A stretch of 63,249 bases of DNA, counting the filler, from Octopus bimaculoides (lineage: Eukaryota): assembly GCF_001194135.2 (NCBI RefSeq). It is 6 parts of 6 records of this genome, joined end to end, with 100 filler letters (N's around TTAATTAATTAA, not from the genome) between each part and the next. Parts side by side here need not be neighbours in the genome. Positions count along the whole stretch, not along the records: positions 52,588 to 54,030 come from NW_026299286.1; positions 54,131 to 60,506 come from NC_069003.1; positions 60,607 to 63,249 come from NC_068983.1; 3 more parts are not named here. One strand, 5' to 3'. Of this stretch, positions 52,588 to 63,249 are shown in pieces. The position numbers and the translations under genes were made by a program. The stretch's first letter is position 1; each line of letters opens with the position of its first letter. The notes beneath the pieces were generated by a model, which worked only from the letters and a program-made list of their open reading frames with translations, had not been told where the DNA came from and ran no database searches.

Positions 52588-52838
52588 ACACACACACACA
52601 CACACACACATACACACACACACGCACGCACACACAGCTTTAGGGGTGTTAGGCATTGAGGTGAATCATCAACTGAAGACAGGCAGCCAGACAAACAGAC
52701 AAACAGACAAACAGACAAAACAGAGAGACCGATGGAAAGGTGGAGTGGAGCGTTTGTGCTTTGATAGGCGTTGGTTCGGGCAGGTCGGCTGTTTGGAGGG
52801 CAGACGCTGATAGGTGAGCTGCTGCATAGACAGAGAAC

Positions 52839-52919
<81 letters not shown>

Positions 52920-53153
52920 ACACACACACACACTCACATTGATGTAAGAAAAAAACAAAAGAGATTGATTGACAAATGGGAGACATACATTATATCTATA
53001 CATGATGACTGATTACGTAGGGATGCCATACACAAAAACATAATAGTTAAGTGCTAACATATTTAATGTAGAAAGTAGAAACATTTCCGTTAACTTTTAT
53101 TTCCGACACATTGAGGAGAGGTAAACGTAGGCGTCATAATAAATCTTCTTCCT

Positions 53154-53337
53154 AATTTTGGCACAAGGCCAGCAATTTCGTGGAGAAGGGAAAGTCAGTT
53201 ACATCAAACCCAGAGCTCAAATGTCACACTTTTTTATCGACCTTGAAAAGATGACAGGCAAAGTCGACCTCGACGACAGTTGAACTTAGAACCGCTGAGT
53301 ATTTTGTCCGACGCCGTAACGATTCTGCCAGCTAACC
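53154..53337 (-). mobile_element. SINE family A
   Basis: Reverse complement of the family A head and body. Confidence 0.8.
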
Positions 53338-53361
53338 ACTTTTATAGGTTTCATAACGAAA

Positions 53362-53573
53362 GCGGCGAGCTGGCAGAGTCGTTAGCATGCTGGACAAAAT
53401 GCTTAGCGGTATTTCGCCCATCTTCACGTTCTTAGTTCAAATTCCACCGAGGTTGACTTTACATTTTATCTTTTCAGGATCGATAAAATAAGTACAAAAC
53501 ACTGGGGTCGGTGTAATCGATTTACCCACCCCCCTCCTCCACTGAACTTGCTGGCTTTGTGCCAAAATCTGCA
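53362..53573 (+). mobile_element. SINE family A
   Basis: gcggcgagctggcagagtcgttagcatgctggacaaaatgcttagcgg... Confidence 0.9.
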
Positions 53574-53644
53574 ATGAATATTAATGTAATGTAGTAATAT
53601 AACATGGAGGGTTACCTTGTATGTTAATTAGCAGTTTCTAATTT

Positions 53645-53830
53645 AGGCACGTACCAAGTAATTTTTGAGGGGAGGGACTTAATCGATGATATATAACCTA
53701 GGATTTGGTGTTTAGTTATCAACTGCAGGGGGAGGAAATGCAAGGATGGCCTGAGTCGGATATGAACTCAGAACATAAAAAGATAAAAAAGAATACCGTA
53801 AGCATTTTGGCTGACGCTCTAACGGTGTGC
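53645..53830 (-). mobile_element. SINE family A, diverged
   Basis: tgaactcagaacataaa...taccgtaagcattttgg matches the reverse complement of family A. Confidence 0.6.
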
Positions 53831-54030
53831 CTGTGAGAAGAGGAAACCATACGCTCAAGTAATAAAATACATGGTGGGAATAAGAAACATTAACCATACG
53901 TTTCAGTCTTATAATCCTCCTCGGCGAAGCATAAACTTTTCTATTGCCAACCAAATCTATCTGCCTATCAATCTCCCCTTCTAATTCGCTTTAAGCATTT
54001 CTATGTATATGTATGTGAATAAAATTAATA

Positions 54031-54130
54031 NNNNNNNNNNNNNNNNNNNNNNNNNNNNNNNNNNNNNNNNNNNNTTAATTAATTAANNNNNNNNNNNNNN
54101 NNNNNNNNNNNNNNNNNNNNNNNNNNNNNN
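54031..54130. other. Artificial assembly linker
   Basis: 44N-TTAATTAATTAA-44N. Confidence 0.95.
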
Positions 54131-54633
54131 ATATATATATGATCAGAAATGTACAGCATCATATATCCATCACACCTGATTTCTTTCTCTCTCTATAGAT
54201 CGTCATTTGCACAAATAGATACAATGATAGATAGATAGATAGATAGACAGATAATATTTAGTTGTTAGGATGTAAGGTTAGAAAGATTTGGTTGCTGTTT
54301 TTAGTAACCCGAAACGCGTAGCTTACAAGTTCTTGGGGAAGGTAACATATCGCCTGATTTTTACGTAATTCAATCTTCATGCACTCGCTGCTCTTAGATT
54401 TCTTTTGCTATTCCACTATCATGTGACACGAAAACTTTCGAGGTGTGGTTGGTAAATACAAGTAATATGTCTACTCAAACAGTAATCTAATGCATCTCCA
54501 TTGCTCGTCATTACTTTAGGCCTTTGAGCATTACGTATTAAACGTGAAAGCTTTGCCTTTGATAATGAACGTTATCTAATATGCTTTTGTTTGCATTGTA
54601 TGTATGTATAACTGTATGTATGTATGTATGTAT

Positions 54634-54731
54634 AGTAGAAGACACTTGCCCAAGGTGCCACGCAGTGGGACAGAACTCGGTACCATGTGGTTGGTAAGCA
54701 GGCTACTTACCACAGAGCCACTCCTGCGCCT
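54634..54731 (-). mobile_element. SINE family B 5' part
   Basis: tagtagaagacacttgcccaagg...ccacagagccactcctgcgcc. Confidence 0.88.
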
Positions 54732-54799
54732 GGGATATATATACACCCCCCCCACATATATATATGTATGAATGTATGTAGCTATGCGTGTATATGTGT

Positions 54800-54922
54800 G
54801 TATGTGTTAAGGTTTGTCTCCTCCCTCACCATCGCTTGACAACCGGTGTTGCTTTCTTTATGCTCCCATAAACTAGCATTTCGACAAAAGCGACCGATAA
54901 AACAAGTACAGGAATTTAAAGC

Positions 54923-54970
<48 letters not shown>

Positions 54971-55075
54971 TAAACGATGTAAGTTTTGGGGTCAGTTTGT
55001 CCGACTCGACCTTTCAATGCGGTGCTCCAGCGTAGTCGCAGTCCAGTTACTGAAACATGTAAAAGAAAAAAAGAA
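54800..55075 (+). mobile_element. SINE family B 3' half with internal (CCA)/(CAA)n
   Basis: catcgcttgacaaccgg...ccgataaaa...ggtgctccagc...cagttactgaaaca. Confidence 0.65.
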
Positions 55076-55576
55076 AAAACGTAATACAAGCAAATAAAAA
55101 TGCTATTGCTGATCTCTTTCTCTTTGTTTCTCTCTCTTTCTCTTTGTTTCTCTCTCTTTCTCTTTGTTTCTCTCTCTTTATCTTTGTTTCTCTCTCTTTA
55201 TCTTTGTTTCTCTCTCTTAGCGGTTGTTGTGCAGAAAGTTGAAAAGGAGAAAGACGTAGTCTTCCCAGGGGAAAACAAGAAACTCGAGACCTGGGTAAAA
55301 GAAGCGAAAACAACAGCAACATTACCAAAAGCGTTACTGAAAAAGACTTTAGGTTTGTATTATCATAATCAGAAACATCATTAGCCACTGAATTATTGCA
55401 TGCTTTCTCTAGTCTATCAACTACAGCTCTACTTTCACTACGCTATTGAGCACTGCTCACTTTACTTTGGGTTTTTATGCTATGCTTCATAATAGCTTTC
55501 TATGCTCTTCTGTTGCAGTGGTTTTCAACCGGGGTTCACATGACTTTTAGGGGCCTATATAAGACTTAGTTATCAG

Positions 55577-55672
55577 GGTGGTGAGCTGGCAAAATCGTTA
55601 GCACGTCGGGCGGAATGCTTAGCGGCATTTCGTCTGACTTTACGTTCTCAGTTCAAACTCCACCGAGGTTTA
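55577..55672 (+). mobile_element. SINE family A 5' half
   Basis: ggtggtgagctggcaaaatcgttagcacgtcgggcggaatgcttagcgg. Confidence 0.85.
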
Positions 55673-56107
55673 GTACTATTTTTAAATTTAATTTTTTTTA
55701 ACCTTTTCATAATTCCTATTGAACTGTTTCCCCACCTCATACACACCCATCTAAACTTCTCTCACTTCTGATTACTTCGTATTTTCTGGTTCCATTAAAG
55801 ACAGACAAACAGGTGTTTTTCTTTTTGGTCCGGTCGTTTTTAATAGCTTTTTGTGTTAGTTTTCCTTCATTCTTTACTAAATATTTATGCATTATGATAA
55901 TGGATAATTTCAAAATAGTTTTCTACTTATATAAGACTCCTCCTTTCCTTTTGTTCTGTATGCGTGGTTACTATACTCTTTCCATGTCAATTTTTGGGAT
56001 GGGTGGTTCTAAATAGTCATTGTATATCTGTCTAGTCTTGCGCATTCCTTCGGCGTCTCATTGAGAATATTATAACTGTAACATATTATTAGACCCTGCC
56101 CAGAAAT

Positions 56108-56266
56108 TTCAGGTGGTATGGCTGTCTGTTAAGAAGTTTGCTTGCCAGCCACATGGTTTCGGGTTCAGTCCGACAGCATTGCACTTTGAGCAAGTGTCTT
56201 CTACTATAGCCACGGTCTAACCAAAGCCCTTGTGAGACAGAAACAGAAAGAACAAAGAACCTTGTC

Positions 56267-56268
<2 letters not shown>
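56108..56268 (+). mobile_element. SINE family B 5' half
   Basis: tggctgtctgttaagaag...gggttcagtcc...gagcaagtgtcttctactatagcc. Confidence 0.8.
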
Positions 56269-56310
<42 letters not shown>

Positions 56311-57524
56311 NNNNNNNNNNNNNNNNNNNNNNNNNNNNNNNNNNNNNNNNNNNNNNNNNNNNNNNNNNNNNNNNNNNNNNNNNNNNNNNNNNNNNNNNNN
56401 NNNNNNNNNNNNNNNNNNNNNNNNNNNNNNNNNNNNNNNNNNNNNNNNNNNNNNNNNNNNNNNNNNNNNNNNNNNNNNNNNNNNNNNNNNNNNNNNNNNN
56501 NNNNNNNNNNNNNNNNNNNNNNNNNNNNNNNNNNNNNNNNNNNNNNNNNNNNNNNNNNNNNNNNNNNNNNNNNNNNNNNNNNNNNNNNNNNNNNNNNNNN
56601 NNNNNNNNNNNNNNNNNNNNNNNNNNNNNNNNNNNNNNNNNNNNNNNNNNNNNNNNNNNNNNNNNNNNNNNNNNNNNNNNNNNNNNNNNNNNNNNNNNNN
56701 NNNNNNNNNNNNNNNNNNNNNNNNNNNNNNNNNNNNNNNNNNNNNNNNNNNNNNNNNNNNNNNNNNNNNNNNNNNNNNNNNNNNNNNNNNNNNNNNNNNN
56801 NNNNNNNNNNNNNNNNNNNNNNNNNNNNNNNNNNNNNNNNNNNNNNNNNNNNNNNNNNNNNNNNNNNNNNNNNNNNNNNNNNNNNNNNNNNNNNNNNNNN
56901 NNNNNNNNNNNNNNNNNNNNNNNNNNNNNNNNNNNNNNNNNNNNNNNNNNNNNNNNNNNNNNNNNNNNNNNNNNNNNNNNNNNNNNNNNNNNNNNNNNNN
57001 NNNNNNNNNNNNNNNNNNNNNNNNNNNNNNNNNNNNNNNNNNNNNNNNNNNNNNNNNNNNNNNNNNNNNNNNNNNNNNNNNNNNNNNNNNNNNNNNNNNN
57101 NNNNNNNNNNNNNNNNNNNNNNNNNNNNNNNNNNNNNNNNNNNATATATATATATATATAAGGGCATTACTATACATGAATGCCTCAAGCTAAGAGGGGC
57201 TCTAAGTTGAGACTACCGTAATAAACACATTTTTACCGAACGCGAGGAAATGCAACTCTCAAAGCTAGCCGTTTAAAAACAGACTAAACTATAGATCATG
57301 ATTTCATAGTTATTACAGTAATATGCAACTTCTACTCATCAGTATAGTATGGTCAAGACACATAAAAATAAGCAAAAAATAAACATACCTGACGAACACC
57401 TCATGTATTCAGCATAGTACATAGAAGATATGTGTGTGTGTGTGTATGTATGTGTATGAGTGTGTGTGTGTGTATATATATATGTATGTGTATTAGTGTG
57501 TGTGGGTGTGTGCGCGCGCGCGCA

Positions 57525-57730
57525 CGTATTTGTGTTTCCCCCCACTATCGCTTCACAACCAGTCTTGGTTTGTTTACATTTCTGCAATTTAGCGCTTTTT
57601 GGCAACAAGAGATCAATAAAATACCAAACGTAAAAATTAGTACTGGAGACGATTCGTTCGTCTAAACCCACTAATGCGGTGCTTCGGCATGGCCACAGCC
57701 AAATGACTTAACAACTAAGGGGTAAAAGAT
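57525..57730 (+). mobile_element. SINE family B 3' half
   Basis: atcgcttcacaacc...gcggtgcttcggcatggccacag..aaatgact. Confidence 0.7.
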
Positions 57731-57876
57731 ATAGCAGAAAGAATTATTACTGCGATTCCTAGAATGTCGCCGCCTCTGGCCTCATTTTCGCACTTTTAAC
57801 TGTTTTAAGTATTAATTTAATGCATCATCGTCATTCCATCCTAACTCTTTATCTTATCTATAAAAGGCAGATTTCC

Positions 57877-57912
<36 letters not shown>

Positions 57913-59073
57913 TTTAAAATTCATACATTTACAAAATTCCAAATTTCTTGGATGAAAGAATCGGAATTAATATTCTAAATACCATAACTTAGGTCGCAGC
58001 GTAATTTTTTCCGTCAAAATAACTCCCAATTACGAATAAAATCCATAAAACTACACAAATTAACATGACTATATAAATAATCTATTCCCTTGAATTCTAC
58101 AAGGTTATTCTCAGTTTAAATGATACCAGAATCCCTAATCATATCGTATTTCAAAGCAATCTCTGCCATCGTGTACATTAAACTTTTATGATTCCCTCAC
58201 TTTAACATGGACTCTAAGACACTGAATTTATCAGCCCATGTCACTCATCCGCATGGATACAACCTTGGATGAAGCTGCATAGGAATTTCTACCCTGGAGG
58301 AATATATACTACAACTGAACCAACTAAATGCATATAAACTCTATATGAAGGGACAATAGGACACTTATGCAGCAGAAACACGTGTCGGACTGAAATATTG
58401 TAATAGACAAGTTTTGAAGGTGTATAATTCTCCATTCTTTCTTATGATGCCTTGAATATATACACTGTATGCTGCATAAAATCCAAGGAAGCGAACTCAG
58501 GATTTATCCTTCGAGCGAAATACCGTGTATTTGTTTATCTTAAAGAATTTTATGTGTTCCCTATCATTCGATGTGGTTAACCAGAATCTGGATCAAATCA
58601 GAGTTCTAGAAAGGTGCCTTTTCGGGTTTCACATACATATATTGATTCTGGCAGGATAAAAAGCAAAGATGATTTCGATGGGATTTCAACTCAGAATACA
58701 AAGGGATGTAACTGAATACCACAAGCTATTTGTCTGTCACTCAACTGTTTTCTATCTTACTGGAGCCAACCTCTTTTGACTTTAAAGTTTTTCTTCCTTA
58801 TTGTTGCTTATAATTTTTGTGTCTTTGTTTAGGCAATGGAAACTCCGTGGGTGTATCAGTTATGCTGTTTAGAAATATAATTAATCTCATGCCAAACAGC
58901 AGCAGGTACGTTACTCATGTTTTGTTACCCCCGTTTGTTACCCCTGTTTTATTCCTATCTCTCAGATAGGAATATTGTTGTTATTCCCATCTCTCAGAAC
59001 ATGAAAGCAAACATAGACACATATATTAATACATATAAAGAGTCCTCTGTTTGAAATATTCAGTGAGTATTCC

Positions 59074-59198
59074 CCGTGGCGTAACTAGAGTGTGTGCCGC
59101 CAGGGACAGCCTTTGAGTTTTCCACCCTTTTGCAGGCCTATGCAGACCCTCATAAAAGCACCACCCGGGGTGGACTGCTCCCGTCAGCCCAGCCTCTT
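59074..59198. mobile_element. Possible hAT-type MITE remnant
   Basis: Left end cgtggcgtaactagag resembles CAGTGGCGTA-type hAT TIRs; the right end is only weakly complementary. Confidence 0.35.
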
Positions 59199-60506
59199 GC
59201 TAATCTATTGACGCTTCTCGTTGATTAGTCAACAGACCGGACAACTCCCTGTACCATAATGTATTAGAACCGAGTATTCCACATACAGTCTTACTCTTTA
59301 ACTCAGTAATTCCCAGACATAATGAATGTAACAAAGTGCGTGACATTGTGTGACACTGTGTGACACTGTGTGACACTGGCGTGACATAGATATGTAACAC
59401 AGATGTAACTAGGCACCTACTGTCCATGTTGTGTAGGCAAGACTGATCCGTTTCAATTACTATTGTTATTCATTCAACGATTTTCCACACCAGTTGTACC
59501 TATAAACATAATACAAAAGCCTGATGAAATACGAACAAACCATTAGACTGTATGACGATAAACCTTATTACAGAACACAGCATAAAATCATACAGCAAAA
59601 CACGCTGTCATTTACTGAGAAATCGCAAACTCAGGGCATAGTGCAAAACACACTGCAAAAATCTCCACCTAGATGCAACATTGATAAATATCAGAAAAAA
59701 AAAAACAGGAAAAAGAAGACAATAGGCCTCCAGAAAAAAACACTGAAAAAAAAAAACGAACGAACTGTAAGACGTTAACAAACATAGACATTACATTATG
59801 TATTTATTTTGTATTTCCGTTCTGTTTCTGCAGCAATGATACTTCGGAAAGTGAGCAAAAGACGTTGAATTCTATGATTTTGTCAATAAAAGTCGGTAAA
59901 AAAAAGCTGACTCAGTTAGAAGAACCAGTGGTGCTTGGATTTCAACACACAGCCGAGGTAAGGATCTGATCGATTTTAGAAAAATAGGATTCTTGCTTTT
60001 AATGAAAGTATTTTGATGGTCTTTGTTTAATGCTTAGCAACTCATTATCTTTCATTCATGATTTTAAGAATAATTCTTTCATTCATGTTTTTATATTCTA
60101 TTCTCTATCTTGACGTAGTATTTTCACGCGACCTCTTTCTAATAAACGCTCTAGTTCTCAGTTTAACGTCTAAGTTTCTGTTTGAACTACAGCAACATTT
60201 TGATAAGTATAGCTTTTACTTTGTTAAACGACTTTATATCATTGTTTGAAAAAAATATGTATTTTTGTATTTTTATATTATTCAATTGATTTTTAATGAT
60301 AATTTTAATCGATACGTTATTTAACACTAAATTGTTTAGAAGTAAGAGTATCATTTTAGCCTAAACTAAGACTTCGATTTGATTAGGGTTGAAATATTTT
60401 CGATTAATACTGTTTAATATTTCTTTCTATTTTATGAGATAAATGACTAGTCTTTTTTTTTAATTTCTTTGATTATACAACATTGTTAATTGTTTTTTTT
60501 TATTAT

Positions 60507-60606
60507 NNNNNNNNNNNNNNNNNNNNNNNNNNNNNNNNNNNNNNNNNNNNTTAATTAATTAANNNNNNNNNNNNNNNNNNNNNNNNNNNNNNNNNNNNNN
60601 NNNNNN
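60507..60606. other. Artificial assembly linker
   Basis: 44N-TTAATTAATTAA-44N. Confidence 0.95.
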
Positions 60607-60851
60607 TGGATCCGAGAAATGGGTTCGGCATATGGAATTTCCTTGTTGTTTTCGGGGTGGATCCGAGAAATGGGTTCGGCATATGGAATTTCCTTGTTGT
60701 TTTCGGGGTGGATCCGAGAAATGGATTCGGCATATGGAATTTCCTTGTTGTTTTCGGGGTGGATCCAAGAAATGGGTTCGGCATATGGAATTTCCTTGTT
60801 GTTTTCGGGGTGGATCCGAGAAATGGGTCCGGCATATGGAATTTCCTTGTT
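60607..60851. repeat. 51-bp minisatellite, ~4.8 near-identical copies, truncated by the join
   Basis: Unit ggatccgagaaatgggttcggcatatggaatttccttgttgttttcggggt. Confidence 0.97.
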
Positions 60852-61454
60852 TTTGTTTGTTTACACACGTACACACATACACACACACACACACGTATAT
60901 GTGTGACCGAGGAGACCAACAGTTGCTGACCATTGTCCATGCAAAATGCCAGAAATACCCGTACATGAGGTTATTGCACCTGCGGTTTGCTTTGCACAGG
61001 TTCGCGTCTGCAGCTTCCATGCTTCTCGCAGCGTCCTCCCACTCGACCGGGCATCGGATAGTTACCTCACCGGTACTTGCACAACCTGAAGTTTTGAGTC
61101 CAGACCTTCTTCACCCTACTGACATAATCCAGAACCAAGCCAGGGCAAAGTATCCGGTGCAAATATGGGTCACAGGTTCAGAAATATGAGGGCACCATCA
61201 TCTCAAACACAAGGAAAAGATCCCTAAAATGTTCAATGCCGTTCTCTGCATATCCGGTTTCATATCAGAGGGACCTTCTCCTACAGACATGGTTTAGCAA
61301 AAGCTAAGGGGTTCCTCACTCCCAATGGTCTTCCAGTATGTTGGACACCAACCCGGAATTTCTGAGGGCTCGTGCTATTGCTAGATAGTCATTGAACATA
61401 CGCTATCCATCATTTTGACAGGTCTTGTTTTTAAAACAGCAGCGTTTCTAGCAA

Positions 61455-61590
61455 CCCGCATCACCAGATGGAGCAACGTGAAATGAAGTCTTTTAGCTCA
61501 AGAATACAATATACTGTATGGTCCGGGAATCGAAACCACGATCTTGCAATTACGAGTGGAACACTCTATCCATTTGGCCACGCACCTTCA
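61455..61590 (-). mobile_element. tRNA-derived SINE family C 5' part
   Basis: Reverse complement: gtgcgtggccaaatggatagagtg...gtggtttcgattcccggacc (A and B boxes). Confidence 0.75.
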
Positions 61591-62447
61591 TTTTGTTTTC
61601 AATCTGGTACCCTCGGAACATTATTTCTGTCCCCGATATTATATACATATACCAATATCTTGCTCAATAAGCGTATTTTACGCATGAAAAATAAACTACA
61701 ACGAGAAAAAGCTATAAAGCATTTTTCGCTAATTTAAGCATGATCAGACTTCTATTTTGGGCAGCTACTAGTAACAGCAGCCTAATATCCCTCAAATCAT
61801 AACCTATTCTCAGATAAAGTTTGAAAATACATTAGGGAATTTCACGGCTAGAACGACGCATTTAATAAAAGGCTTGCTTGTTCAGAGCTGATCTGGGACT
61901 AAAAAAAACAGCCGCCGCCACCACCACCACCACCATCAGCTACACCACCACCNNNNNNNNNNNNNNNNNNNNNNNNNNNNNNNNNNNNNNNNNNNNNNNN
62001 NNNNNNNNNNNNNNNNNNNNNNNNNNNNNNNNNNNNNNNNNNNNNNNNNNNNNNNNNNNNNNNNNNNNNNNNNNNNNNNNNNNNNNNNNNNNNNNNNNNN
62101 NNNNNNNNNNNNNNNNNNNNNNNNNNNNNNNNNNNNNNNNNNNNNNNNNNNNNNNNNNNNNNNNNNNNNNNNNNNNNNNNNNNNNNNNNNNNNNNNNNNN
62201 NNNNNNNNNNNNNNNNNNNNNNNNNNNNNNNNNNNNNNTAAATCTGGAGTTTTCAGACAAAAGAAATAATTATATCGTATGTGAATGTGGTTTCAGGATC
62301 TATACAGGAATTTAGGGACGTACGCAAGTTCTCGTTTAGCCGAACAAGAAAAATAACTCTGTAGATTTATAGTCATTTTGCAAGAGTTATGTACCTTTAT
62401 ATTGGCAGGGGAGCGTACTTTGATATATCAGCATTAATCCAGTAAAA

Positions 62448-62653
62448 GGCGGCGAGCTGGCAGAATCGTTAGCACGCTGGTCGTAATGCTTAGCGGTATT
62501 TCGTCTGTCTTTATGTTCTGAGTTCAAATTCCACCGAAGTCGACTTTGCCTTTCATCCTTTCGGCGTCGATAAATTAAGTACCAGTTGCGTACTGGGTTC
62601 GATTAATCGACTGACTTCCTCTCCCAAAATTTGTGCCTAGAGTAGAAAAGAAC
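62448..62653 (+). mobile_element. SINE family A
   Basis: ggcggcgagctggcagaatcgttagcacg...cctagagtagaaaaga. Confidence 0.92.
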
Positions 62654-62994
62654 ATTAAACCAGTTTGAGCAATTTTTGGGAGCCTTTCCACCTTCATACG
62701 TACATGCATGCATATATGCATATATATGCACATATGTATACATAGGCACAGAAATGGATATTACATATATACACACAGATACTTTGCATACACACAGATA
62801 CCTTCATATGTACATACTTTTATGTACATGTATACATACACACATGTATCTATAATTATACATATAATATGCATGCATCTATATATACGTGTGTGTATGT
62901 ATATATGTATGCATGTATATATACGTGTGTGTATGTATATATATATGTATGCATGTATATATGTATGTACATACATGTATGTACGTAATTATAC

Positions 62995-63210
62995 TCCTTT
63001 ACTCTTTTACTTGTTTCAGCCATTTGACTGCGGCCATACTAGAGCACCGCCTTTATAGTGGAACAAATCGACCCCCAGAGCTTATTCTTTGTAAGCCTTG
63101 TACTTATTCTATCGGTCTCTTTTGCCGAACCGCTAAGTTACAGGAATGCAAACACACCAGCATCGGTTGTCCAGCGATGCTGGGGGGGACAAACAGACAC
63201 ACAAACATAT
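62995..63210 (-). mobile_element. SINE family B 3' half
   Basis: Reverse complement of the 33360-33555 tail. Confidence 0.88.
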
Positions 63211-63218
63211 ACACACAC

Positions 63219-63249
<31 letters not shown>

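Noticed and set aside
58951-58973. 10-bp hairpin attcctatct-ctc-agataggaat
   Set aside because: It is short and lies among small local duplications; expected by chance in 63 kb of AT-rich DNA.
59520-59545. CTGATGA followed by GAAC
   Set aside because: No stems and the second core is wrong; a chance match.
60607-60851. CRISPR-like array
   Set aside because: The units are contiguous with no unique spacers, there are no cas genes and the context is eukaryotic.

Overview
AT-rich (microsatellite- and gap-laden) eukaryotic non-coding DNA. The SINE families and the density of (TA)n/(CA)n/(AAT)n suggest an octopus genome (inference, not verified). No intact protein-coding gene can be demonstrated; only a few weak splice-bounded exon candidates exist. 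The window is a transposon graveyard: a full-length decayed mariner (6859-8118), three Penelope-like elements (PLEs) of different lineages (9310-10760 minus, 13732-18460 plus, 22510-23760 plus), R4/Dong-type RLE LINE fragments next to (TAA)n tracts, a full-length Chapaev3-type DNA transposon, a foldback mariner derivative and more than 20 tRNA-derived SINE copies. The most striking signal is a recurring hammerhead-ribozyme (HHR) system. It comprises a non-coding 520-bp unit in tandem plus inverted copies with one type I HHR each (retrozyme-like, 50038-51184), a tRNA-headed SINE with an internal HHR (33821-34108), and degenerate HHRs in PLE terminal repeats. The Naiad-like PLE also has an in-frame TGA at a normally Cys position, a possible selenocysteine relic. 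Five 100-bp 44N-TTAATTAATTAA-44N blocks are artificial assembly joins, so adjacency across them is not evidence.
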